Positions 10,029-19,743 of a stretch of DNA of 64,000 nucleotides are shown here, piece by piece. Origin of the DNA: an uncultured Acidimicrobiia bacterium (lineage in GTDB: Bacteria > Acidobacteriota > Terriglobia > Versatilivoradales > Versatilivoraceae). The position numbers and the translations under genes were made by a program. The DNA lies in the NCBI GenBank assembly GCA_963786955.1, contig CAWBAT010000005.1:192001-256000 (forward strand), in the 5' to 3' direction. The notes below the pieces were generated by a model. It made no database searches. It saw nothing but the letters and a program-made list of their open reading frames with translations, and had not been told where the DNA came from. Positions within the stretch are counted from its first letter, which is position 1, and each line of letters begins with the position of its first letter.

Positions 10029-11276
10029 ATGATCAATATCTCAATTTCGTGGCTGCGAAGAATTCTATCTCTAGGGGGAAGTCTTCTTGTCTTGTTTGCG
10101 CTGGTTCACGTCCTTTTGATCACGGTTTGGCGAGGGAATAACCGGGTTGAACGCTTTCTCTGCCGGACTTTCCTGATCTGTGACGACGAGCGGTTGCTCA
10201 AAGCGGCTCGCCAAAAACAGGAGGGACGAAATCCGAGCGATGTAGCTGCCGCAATCGAAGACTTTCAGGAAGCCGTTCGGCGCGATCCCGCTTCGGCCTA
10301 TCGCTGGTGCGACCTGGCTCAGGCCTGTCTCATCAGTGGCCAAGTCAGTCAGGCTCGCGACAGTATTGCCCATGCGCTAGAACTCGCACCGTACTTAAGC
10401 TCAATCGCAATGACAGCCGCAAACCTTTAATTTCAGCTACAAGATACCCGAGAAGGTCTGCACTGTTCACGACGCGTTTTAGCTCAGACCAACGAATTTG
10501 ATTCAAGCATCTTTGACACCTACGATCGGCTTGGTGTCGGTATAGACACCCTCCTGAACGAGGGAGTGCCTGCTGACGTGCGTCCGGCACAGGCTTTTTT
10601 CCACCATATTCTCGAGCGGGTTCAGGTTGCGGCTGTTCAAGCAACCTGGCAGTGGCTCTATGCTCGCGCTCTGACAGACGACAAATTGACAAGCCAATAC
10701 GTCGATTTCCTGCTCAAGACCCAGGAATATGAAGCGGCTCTCCAAGCCTGGACCGCGCAGCTTGGCAAGCGGGTCGGGGATTACCCGGAAGGGAATGGAC
10801 TATTTAATTCTGACTTTGAGGCTGAAACAACAGGAACTGCCTTGGATTGGAGAATCGGGCGGGTTGACGGAGTGGACGTGGAAGGAGACTCGACTGTGGC
10901 CAAGCAAGGCGGCTGGTCACTTCGGGTTCGTTTTGGCGGGAAAGTGAACCTGGCTTATAACCACATTTCGCAAAGAACGGTGATTAGGCCAGGGATATAC
11001 CGGTTTGAAGCGTGGGTTCGAACGGAAGAGATCACCACCGATCAAGGAATCGGTTGGCGGATTTTTGATGCGGAATCTCCGTCTCGATTGAACTTAGTTT
11101 TCGAGAATCGAGTCGGCACTGCGGCGTGGACAAAACTGGAAAAGACCTTTTTGATTCCTCCTGAAACCCGATTGCTGGAAGTGCAACTAGTTCGCCGGTC
11201 TTCACTCAAATTTGACAATAAAATCAGCGGCACAGTCTGGATTGATGCCGTGTCTCTGGTAGCGGTGAAGGATTGA
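10029..11276 (+). pseudogene. TPR plus carbohydrate-binding-domain protein associated with EPS loci, split near 10430
   Basis: N-terminal TM helix and TPR-like AVRRDPASAYRWCDLA; C-terminal LFNSDFE...WIDAVSL beta-sandwich; the two ORFs are joined by a frameshift. Confidence 0.6.
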
Positions 11277-11299
11277 TGCCTTACCGTTTTGGATCGTCG

Positions 11300-11585
11300 A
11301 GTTGTAGCCGGCCTCGCTGAGGCCGGCACTTAACCGGGGCCAGCGGCCCCGGCTACAACAATGGACTACTTCAGCATAACATTGGAGAGTCGAGCTCCTG
11401 CGATACCGGATGGAACCGTGGGTGGAACGCGAGCTCTGTGTGCGTTCAAGCGTGCGCCGGGGGACGGCGGTCCCACGCGCCCGCTCCACCTGAATGTGGT
11501 TTCTTGGAACTCCGCCCTTCAAAAATGTCCCTCCTGTATTTAAGGGGGGACTTCAGGGGAGTGGCTTCGTGAAGTTCCGCCCTCC
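11300..11585. repeat. REP-like palindrome cluster between convergent genes
   Basis: GTAG-type palindrome; GCGTGCGCCGGGGGACGGCGGTCCCACGCGC (copy at about 59805-59850); CCCTCCTGTATTTAAGGGGGGA. Confidence 0.75.
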
Positions 11586-11589
11586 AGGC

Positions 11590-12993
11590 TTATGCTGGAT
11601 TTGATTCAGCAGCCGATCGGAAGAACTCCAATCCCGCAGCAATTCCCGAGATCCAGGCTAACTGCATGGCGTTGGCAGGAATGTAAAGATTGAAATCCAC
11701 AACACTGTGGAGCAAGATCGCCGCGAGGGACCCGGTGCAGGCCAATGCCAGGCAGCAGCCATTGGCACTTTCCGGTTTAAGCGCAGCCCGTAAGACCTTA
11801 AACAAGATCACCAGCAGTAGTGTTGCCAGGATCAAAAAACCGATAACGCCCAGCTCGGCCAGAGACTGCAGGTAATCATTGTGAGCAAAGTCAACGGTGG
11901 CGTTCAGAGAAGAAGCACCATACTTCGGAAAAACGGATTCCAGACCACCAGGCCGCAGCCAAAGAGTGGATAGGCCGCGATGAGATGGATCGTATCTTTC
12001 CACATCAAAAGGCGATCATTGGCCGTAATCTCCTCGCTTGCACCCAGTTCGGCAAAACGAAGGATCAACTGGTCGGGGGGGCAGAAAAACGAATACCCAA
12101 AGAATAAGAAAGCCGACAAGCCCCACGGCTATCCACCTCTTTCTGCGTGAAATGCCTCCGCCTAATCCTGCAACACCCATAATAAACAGCGAAAAGAGTG
12201 CGGCAAGAAAATCCATCCGCGAGAGCGAGTAGATGATCCCGAGGAAGATTACGGTGGCCAGCGTCAGGGCGATACAAGCTTTGAAGACAGAAGGTCCGCG
12301 AAATCCTTCACGGGTCGCGCTTTGAAACAGAATCGCCACCGGATACATGACCGCGAAAGGCAGAGCCATTTCGAGGCAGCCGGCAAAATGATTCCGGTTG
12401 ACGAAAGTCCCATTGGCAACGGCGCCGCTTTCACCCAAAGCCGATTGTGCCAGGCCTAGTGCGGCTTCCAGACATGCGATCAATAGAATAGGGGCGGCGA
12501 GTACCCACGGCTTCTCCTGCATTTTCCGGGCGGCCTCACGGATCAGAAGAAAGATCAAGACACATCCCAATACGAGCAGCAATTTCTGGGAGGTCTCTCC
12601 CGGGTAAACGGTCAGCGGAACCAAGCGGTGTGCTGGAACAAGCTGAGCGAATCCTGCTTGTAGTTCCGCCCTTGCCGGTGACAAACTCCTCAACCAGGCA
12701 ACCGGCAGCGGAAGAAGCTGCAATGCGACATAACCGGGCAATAGCAATAAGGGGCAGGCTAGCCAGGCGTCCAGAGCGGCTCCGGAGAGGGGTGGCAGAA
12801 AGGTCAAGGCGAGGAACACGACCAGCATCCCCAATCCCAGCAGGCAGAGATTCAAGTCTTCCGACCACACTCCCCCCTGCCAAAAAACGGCGAAACCCAG
12901 GGGGAGGGTCAGAAGAACTGGCGTCCACCGAAAGCCGAAAAAAAAGAATCGAAATTCTAGGAATAATCTTAGTCGCCACTCATCGATTGTCAC
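11590..12993 (-). pseudogene. O-antigen ligase family (Wzy_C) membrane protein, frameshifted
   Basis: GTFVNRNHFAG, SLSR, AHNDYLQ..AELG and LHSVVDFNL motifs spread over three ORF pieces; one shift is at the G run near 12075. Confidence 0.8.
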
Positions 12994-12994
12994 T

Positions 12995-13405
12995 TTCTTA
13001 TTCCCCCTTACTTAAAGGGCGCCGGGGGATGTCCTGTTTTGTGAATTCTTCATTTGGCATTCGTCATTCAGCATTTATCATTTCTGACTTTAGACTCTTA
13101 ACCTTAGACCTTTGACCTATTTTCTGCTTTCTGCCTTCTGACTTTTGACCTCAGACCTCTGACTTTCGACGTTTAAGTTTGACCTTAGATCTTGGACAAA
13201 ATTTTTGCGTCCTTTGCGCTCTTTTGCGGCAATACTTGCTTTGACTTTTTCTTTAGGTTTTAGACTTTGGACTTTCGACCTTCGACCTTGGACCCTCGCT
13301 AATCTCCATTCGCCATTCGTCATTTCTGACTTTGGACTTTCAACCTTTGACTCTGAAACTCCGAACTCTTATCCCTGCCTTCTGCTTACTGCTTACTGCC
13401 TTCTG
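12995..13405. repeat. Modular intergenic repeat block
   Basis: Long heptamer tracts, TTTGCGTCCTTTGCGCTCTTTTGCGGC and a 47-bp segment identical to 26398-26444. Confidence 0.85.
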
Positions 13406-13411
13406 TCTTCT

Positions 13412-14605
13412 TCACCCCCGCAGTATCCCCATTCCATACTTGTTAGCCAGGCGGACTGCTCGAAGCGGGTAATAGAGAAACGAAAGCTTCGAAGGCAGCG
13501 AAAGGAGAGTCCAATCCGCCAGAGTTGGAGCCAGCGCAATGCTGAATGAATAACGTAACCCGTCACGCAGCCGCTCCCGGACGCGGAGATGAAACAAGGC
13601 AGCATTGAAGCCATCCGAGGGTTTGCCCAGGTCAGAGAATAACCAGGCGTAAACTCTTGTAGCCAGAGTTTCCACTACGGGTATCTTCTGCATCGCGATC
13701 AACATTTCGCTGGGAACCTCGGCTCCCAATAGATCGTTAGCCAGAAAGAGCCCCAGTAGCAGCATGCGCTCGCAACCCATGACTCTGGCCTGCTCCAGGA
13801 TCTTCTCCCATGCGAGATTTTTCTCGGCCGCGAGCAGACGAGCGATGTCGCAGATCCAACCCAGATTGAGCCAGAGATGCTTGGCGCCATGGACACAAAG
13901 AAGCAACAGCAAATCCTCCGAGGAGAGGGTCAAGACTTCCGTGCGGCAAAGCTGGACCGGATGCAATCGCCTACTCACATCGACCCACTCCAAAGGGAAA
14001 GCAAAGTCTTTGGGAGTGAGTTTGGAATGGAGTTCAACACAGATCTGGTTCTTCCCTTTGACAATTGGCCACTGACGAAGAGAAACAAGATAAGCCTCCT
14101 CTTGAGCTGGAGCCAAAGGGTACTGAGCTTGGTATCCCATAGTTGACAGCAGCGCTTTGGCACGCGGAAGATTTTCCTCTCCAAGAATGATGTCGAGGTC
14201 TCCGAACTGCCGAAAGGCCAGGTTTCCATAAGCCTTCACAGCTAAGGTAGGGCCTTTAAAGGGAATCGCCAGAATTCCGTGGGACTCCAGACGATTGAGG
14301 ATCTCCAGCAATTCCCCCGCTAGTAACAGGTTTGTTTTGGAAGTCTCGTGAAAACCCTTTTGTAGCTGGTCCAGAATGGCTTCAGGCACCGCTGCTCGAC
14401 AATTCGAATGGATGTGCCAATACAAGAGGGGCAGCAGACCATGGCGGGAGGCCGATTCGGTCAGCACGTCCCATTTGAGCCCTTTTTCGACGAGAGCATG
14501 TATTCGTTCGGTCCTCTCCGGATCGCTCCCAACCGAGGCAACCAGGACTAGTAGCTCATCTTCGGGCCGCAGAGCGATTCGCCTATTAGATCTGACGCTG
14601 ATCAC
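13412..14605 (-). CDS. Nucleotidyltransferase family protein (lasso-cluster associated)
   Basis: FKGPTLA..AYG....RQFGDLDI, VELH and LCVHGAKH...WICDI motifs. Confidence 0.85.
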   Translation of the reverse strand: MISVRSNRRIALRPEDELLVLVASVGSDPERTERIHALVEKGLKWDVLTESASRHGLLPLLYWHIHSNCRAAVPEAILDQLQKGFHETSKTNLLLAGELLEILNRLESHGILAIPFKGPTLAVKAYGNLAFRQFGDLDIILGEENLPRAKALLSTMGYQAQYPLAPAQEEAYLVSLRQWPIVKGKNQICVELHSKLTPKDFAFPLEWVDVSRRLHPVQLCRTEVLTLSSEDLLLLLCVHGAKHLWLNLGWICDIARLLAAEKNLAWEKILEQARVMGCERMLLLGLFLANDLLGAEVPSEMLIAMQKIPVVETLATRVYAWLFSDLGKPSDGFNAALFHLRVRERLRDGLRYSFSIALAPTLADWTLLSLPSKLSFLYYPLRAVRLANKYGMGILRG

Positions 14606-14614
14606 TTGTCACTC

Positions 14615-15020
14615 TTTCCTATCTTATTCCCCCTTAGTAAAGGGGGCGCCGGGGGATGTCCTGCTTTGAGGTTTTCTTCACTGGCACATGCTGTCCCCCT
14701 TTTGCACAAGGGGGGACTTCAGGGGGGATTGGCATTTATAATTTGTGACTTTTGACTTTCGACCTTGGACCTTTTGCCTCTGCTTTTGGCTTTCCCCGTG
14801 CCCCCGTGGCACGCTTCCCTGTTTATCCTCGCGCCCTTTGCGCTTTTTTGTGGCAAAAATTGTTCTTATCCTTTTCCAATCCGCGTTTATTCGCGTTCAT
14901 CCGCGGCTTATTTTTCTTTGTGTCTTTGCGTCCTTTGCGAGAGGTAGCTTTTCAATCTCAAATCGCCATTTTCCCTTTGGGACTCCGAACTCAGGACTCA
15001 AGACTCTAGACCTTTGACCG
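14615..15020. repeat. Modular intergenic repeat block
   Basis: Two GC hairpins followed by heptamers, CCCCGTGCCCCCGTGG and ATCCGCGTTTATTCGCGTTCATCCGCGGC. Confidence 0.85.
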
Positions 15021-15026
15021 GGAACA

Positions 15027-17141
15027 TTATTTAACAACGCCCACGGCTCGCACAAAGCGCTCAACGTGGCTACCAGCTCCTGCCACTTGAAACCTCTCAC
15101 CTGCTTTATCTTCTCTCATCTGAGCCGCCCAGGATTGAGCATAATCCCCGCCTCGTGCCAGTAACTCCGCGTGACTTCCGGATTCAACAATCCGCCCGTC
15201 GGCCATCACGTGGATCACATCCGCATGCATGGCAGTGGTGAATCGATGCGTGATAATCAGCACCGTGCGCCCTTGGGCCAACCTGCTGAAGCGGTCGAGC
15301 CAGTCCGCTTCCGCCCAAGGGTCCATGGCACTGGTGGGCTCATCCAAGAGGATGATAGGCGCCTGCCGGAAGAATGCCCGTGCCAGGGCGATTCGTTGCC
15401 ACTCTCCCACGCTCAGCTCTGCACCATTCACAAACCACTTCCCGAGAGGATTGTCATATCTTTGAGGTAGGCGGTGGACAATGTCTTCTGCTCCGGCAGT
15501 TCGTGCGGCCTCTTCTATCGATTTCTGTGAGTTGACACGAGACATCTCCACCTCGACCCACTCTTCGGCTCCCCTCTCCCCAACACGGGAGAGGGGCTGG
15601 AGGGTGAGGGGGAAACCCCACGCGCTGCCTGCCTTCGCCAAATCTCCCAAAGCAATGTTTTCGGCTACGGTATTGTTAAAGTGGACAGGCTCCTGGAAAA
15701 GCACCGTGAGCTGCTTGCGTAAATCCTCAATCGGTAGATCACGCAAATCAGTCCCGTCCAATTCAATCAGGCCTTCGTCAGGATCATAAAAGCGGCAGAG
15801 TAACTTAATCAGAGTACTCTTCCCTGAACCGTTGAGCCCCACGACAGCCACTTTCTTCCCAGTAGAGATATTCAAAGAAAAATCCCATAGCGCAGGTTGC
15901 TGGCTGCCGGGATAGCGGAAAGTCACATGCCGGAAGCTGATCCCTTCTTCTTGATTACCTCCCTCTCCTCTTGGGAGAGGGTGTTCGACGAGCGGGTGAG
16001 GGGAGGAAGACCACGGATCAATAATCTTGCGCGAATCGGATTCTTGCTCAGATATGATTTGGGTAGTGGCGGTTCGTATCGGAATGGGGTGAGGTCCGTC
16101 AATTACCTTTGGCTTCAGCGCCAGGAACTCAAACAAATTGCCCAGAAACAGGCTGTTTGAATACAGGTGTCCGACGTTCTGCAAAAGCGATCGCATCAAC
16201 TGCTGTCCTTGATTGAAGGCCTGGGTGAAGAGTGCCAGGTCGCCCAGTGAAACCAGGCCTTGGACGGCTTTCCACACCATCCAACCCAGGGCTGCGCCAG
16301 TAATCAACAGTCCGAAGCTGCCGGCAGCCAGCTCAGCCAGACCCTGTTCTCCAGCCATCTGCACTCGTTCCTGCCGCAGTTTCCAGCGAAGAGCCTGGTA
16401 AGCCGCCTGAAAGCGCGGACCCATTCCAAAGAGCCGCAGCTCTGCGGCAGTCTCCCGGCTGGTGAGCAGCCAGTCATAGTACCAGCTACGGCGTTCTTCG
16501 GAAGTGCTCTTCAGTCTCCATTGGTGTTGGATCAGGGTATAGCGGAGCACAACATAAAGTGCCGGAAGAGTGCTGACGAAAACCGCCGCAGGCAGCCAGG
16601 CCCCGTAAGGAACCAGCACTGCGCCCATCGCCAGCAAAGTAATTCCGTTTTGGAGCAGACTACCGAGACTTTCGAGTAATTCGACAGGCCGGTAACTGGC
16701 TTCATCGCGGGCGCGATGCAGGTGGTCATAGAACTCGGGCAGATCATAAAAAGCCAGGTCGAGTTCCACGGATTTGGTGTGGACGAGTCCCGTGACATGA
16801 TCTTTCAGGAGGTCAGCCTGGATTGTCCTAACCCAGACCGTTGCGCTGCGCAGTAACTCTGTCAGCAAGAGCACGGCACCCATCAACCCCATGGGAACAA
16901 GCACCGGGCGGAAGGTTTGCCAATCGCCATGAGAACCGAGGACAGGGACGAGGCTATTCACCAGCCACCGGGTCAGATAAACCGTAACAACAGGCAACAG
17001 CCCCTGGAACACCAGAAGGACTGCCCAAGCTATTGTCCAGCCGCGCGTCGCTCTCCAAGCCAGGCGCAATGCTCGGGGAAGATTGGGCAGCTGGGCGGCA
17101 GCCTTTCTTAATTTGCCAATGAGGAGTGGAAGATTTTGCAA
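15027..17141 (-). CDS. ABC transporter fused permease/ATPase (putative lasso peptide exporter)
   Basis: TM domain, Walker A GLNGSGKS, signature LSVGEWQRIALARA, Walker B IILLDEPT; two in-frame palindrome-derived insertions. Confidence 0.9.
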   Translation of the reverse strand: MQNLPLLIGKLRKAAAQLPNLPRALRLAWRATRGWTIAWAVLLVFQGLLPVVTVYLTRWLVNSLVPVLGSHGDWQTFRPVLVPMGLMGAVLLLTELLRSATVWVRTIQADLLKDHVTGLVHTKSVELDLAFYDLPEFYDHLHRARDEASYRPVELLESLGSLLQNGITLLAMGAVLVPYGAWLPAAVFVSTLPALYVVLRYTLIQHQWRLKSTSEERRSWYYDWLLTSRETAAELRLFGMGPRFQAAYQALRWKLRQERVQMAGEQGLAELAAGSFGLLITGAALGWMVWKAVQGLVSLGDLALFTQAFNQGQQLMRSLLQNVGHLYSNSLFLGNLFEFLALKPKVIDGPHPIPIRTATTQIISEQESDSRKIIDPWSSSPHPLVEHPLPRGEGGNQEEGISFRHVTFRYPGSQQPALWDFSLNISTGKKVAVVGLNGSGKSTLIKLLCRFYDPDEGLIELDGTDLRDLPIEDLRKQLTVLFQEPVHFNNTVAENIALGDLAKAGSAWGFPLTLQPLSRVGERGAEEWVEVEMSRVNSQKSIEEAARTAGAEDIVHRLPQRYDNPLGKWFVNGAELSVGEWQRIALARAFFRQAPIILLDEPTSAMDPWAEADWLDRFSRLAQGRTVLIITHRFTTAMHADVIHVMADGRIVESGSHAELLARGGDYAQSWAAQMREDKAGERFQVAGAGSHVERFVRAVGVVK

Positions 17142-17205
17142 GGCAAGATTAACTTAATAGAATGCTCAGTGAAAAGGAACGAAGGACCATCGTGCATCGC
17201 CCCTC

Positions 17206-18198
17206 TCACAACCTGCAGTGAAGCGCCTTCTTGAATTTGACTTCAGAAGAAAGGTTTTCGAGGATGGCTTCTTTTACAGCGGGCAAAAGCGAAAGATCGT
17301 GTGGATAACTCAATTGATAAAAGATGGGTAAATTCACAACGCGGCTTAAACAGCTGAACTCAGTCGAAAGCATGTCCCGGTCACCAATATCCAGCTTATA
17401 AGCGTATCGCACTAGCTCCAGAAAGCTTTCTCTCGGTGAAATCGGAATGATACTGATAGGCCCATTATCTTCTGAAGGTTTAGAGGTGTTGAGGAAATAA
17501 ATCCTGCGTAAAATGACTGGATCGTCTTGAAAAAGAAGTGAATGATCTATTAAGTCAATTCTCTTCTTGCGCGTATAGTGGGCAACATCACAATATTCTG
17601 GTTCTCTATTAAAGAGGGAATCGACAATTTCCTTCCAAAGCCGCAGTCCTGGATATCCCGGAAATGCAAGAAGCTCTCCTTTGCTTTCTTCGAGCACCAG
17701 GCAGTCATCGGTAATAAAAGGGAATCCATCTTTCGCAAAACTTGCCGCCAAAGTAGATTTTCCCGCTCCTGTTTTACCGATGAATGCGATAGCACCCGTT
17801 TCACTCACTACTGAGCTGGCATGCAGCACAAGTTTTCCTCTTTTGCTGAGCGCAAGAGGGAATACTTGATCTAGAAACAAGTGTCTTATCGTCTCCAACG
17901 GGACTTCAGGGACGGGTGTACATTGAACATTCTCTCCGGTTCCGGAAATGTAAAAATCGGCTAGATCAGGGAAGCGGAGGAGGTAACGGTCCCCTAGTTT
18001 GCCAAAGTAAAGCCAAACCTCCTCTTCCGTTGGCCCCCATTGGTGAAACCATGGAACGAGGATCGAATTCTGCTCTCTTGGAGACAAAAGTTCAAAATTA
18101 AACTCCGGTTTGGTTTTGTCGGTGAGAAGCAATTCAGGCAACTGGATACTGCTCTCGATAACTGTTCCGTAAATTTTATGAAGCATCGACTCCTGCAA
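17206..18198 (-). CDS. HPr kinase-like protein (lasso peptide kinase family)
   Basis: LHASSV, Walker A GKTGAGKST and ITDD motifs; located within the lasso cluster. Confidence 0.8.
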   Translation of the reverse strand: MQESMLHKIYGTVIESSIQLPELLLTDKTKPEFNFELLSPREQNSILVPWFHQWGPTEEEVWLYFGKLGDRYLLRFPDLADFYISGTGENVQCTPVPEVPLETIRHLFLDQVFPLALSKRGKLVLHASSVVSETGAIAFIGKTGAGKSTLAASFAKDGFPFITDDCLVLEESKGELLAFPGYPGLRLWKEIVDSLFNREPEYCDVAHYTRKKRIDLIDHSLLFQDDPVILRRIYFLNTSKPSEDNGPISIIPISPRESFLELVRYAYKLDIGDRDMLSTEFSCLSRVVNLPIFYQLSYPHDLSLLPAVKEAILENLSSEVKFKKALHCRL

Positions 18199-18346
18199 GT
18201 GTCATTCGATGTAGTGGAAATAAATGGGACTTGGGCCAATACAAAAAGAAGGGTAAAGAGCTTGCATGCAAGGTATTTCAGTGGTTTTGACAAAAAGTCA
18301 AATCACGCCCCATCGATCCCCCCGATAGGACCAAGAATGGAGTCGA

Positions 18347-19511
18347 CTATATTGTGTAACGCGTAACTACCTCCGCCACAAACGTGGCAGCTTCACTTGG
18401 TGAGCGAAAGAGCTTGGGATGATGCTCGTATGCCGCATTCTCTATTTCCGCAAGGCATCTTTTGCCATCACACAGGCTCAAGACTGTAAGCCGAGCTTCT
18501 CCCCTTGATGTAAGCTTTGGCTTGAAATCGGGCTGGGTTCTCTGGAGATCTCTCTTGCCGAGCAACATTCCTTTCCAGGTAGAGTGAGAAAACCAATCTT
18601 TTCTGAAGCCTCGCTCTTTAGTTGATTCCGATGGTTTTTCAAATACCTCTAGTTCCCATGCAACGACCGAGGCCCCAGGTAGAAAATGAATCTTGATCTC
18701 AATCAAATTCCCTTCCGTAACTTTGATGGCCCGTTCAATTGGAAAGAAAAGATGTTTTCTCTGAATGGTATCAGGTCGAAGTGGTGAATTTGTGACCGCA
18801 AAGCTTTCTGACAACTGGGCTGAGAACCAGCCTGCAATTCCGTGAAGTCTACCCGTCCTTCTGGCTGTAGCAGAAGCTTGTAGGCCGAATGGTTTGGCTG
18901 ACACTGTTGTGAGATCCAGAGAAGCCCCCATAACCGGCTCGCTTAGCAATTGTCCGGGTTGAAACGTAAAGCGGTAAGCGCAGTTGACAGCTACTGAACG
19001 TCCAGGTGAGAAATTTAAACCGGTCGACGAGTCGTTCCAGAAGTCGATCTGAGCAAAACTTTCGTCAGCATTCGACAGGCGCAAGGAACAAATCAACCCG
19101 CGCTGGAATCAGTCTTCCCCCAGTTTTCAAAAAGCGGTCGCGAGCGTCACTGAGAGAATCCAATAGGCCAAATTCAGGACCGAATCCAATCTGGTCAGCA
19201 ATGACGACATCAACCTTTTCTGGAAGGTCCACCCGCATAGAAAGGTCCTTGATGAAGACCACTCTATCCTGATACCCGTTGATCTCGAAAAGTTGGCGGG
19301 CCAGTTCAATGATTGCCCCTTCCTCAATCGAATAAATTCGTCGAGCTCCCGCCTGGCAGGCCAAAAGGCCGAGAATGCCTGTTCCCGCTCCAAGATCGAG
19401 AACAATATCTCCGGGTTTGACAACCTGAGCGATTGCTTGGCGAAAGGCCGAGACACGTACCTCATCTGCCAAGTAGTGGCGGTGCTCATGGAGAATCGCT
19501 GAGAAATCCAT
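18347..19511 (-). CDS. PRMT-fold SAM-dependent methyltransferase with a C-terminal PqqD/RRE-like region, frameshifted at about 19065
   Basis: VLDLGAGTGIL, LPEKVDVVIADQIG, GRLIP and GRLHGIAGWF; tail LSLCDGKRCLAEI; the two ORFs join at GAA-TGC-TGA / GCT-GAC. Confidence 0.75.
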
Positions 19512-19546
19512 TTCTTCTAAAACAGTCCCCCCTCTTCACCCACCAC

Positions 19547-19717
19547 TCATACCATGCCCATCCCGGATAGGCCGTCGGGAACTGAGCCATTTTGCCCCCG
19601 AGTCAGCTTGGAAACGCTTCCGTAATCCAGCAATCTGGGGCTAGCATACACTTTCTTTCCCTTATTTTTTTCTTCACGTTCTTGCATCGTTGGATGGATA
19701 TCCGGTAACTGGTGCAT
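19547..19717 (-). CDS. Lasso peptide precursor, 56 aa: MHQLPDIHPTMQEREEKNKGKKVYASPRLLDYGSVSKLTR-GQNGSVPDGLSGMGMV
   Basis: Hand-translated; AGGAG RBS at 19726-19730; leader motif YxxPxLxxxGxxxxxT with Thr at -2; core begins with Gly and has Asp at position 8. Confidence 0.92.
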   Translation of the reverse strand: MHQLPDIHPTMQEREEKNKGKKVYASPRLLDYGSVSKLTRGQNGSVPDGLSGMGMV

Positions 19718-19743
19718 AATGATTTCTCCTTCAGAATTTGGTC

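Noticed and set aside
8588-10032. Short Phe/Leu/Arg-rich ORFs in repeat blocks (also near 13117-13549, 14745-15100, 56881-57877 and 58742-59192)
   Set aside because: They are translations of the tandem motifs (TLDLRP/DFGL repeats) with no RBS or domain
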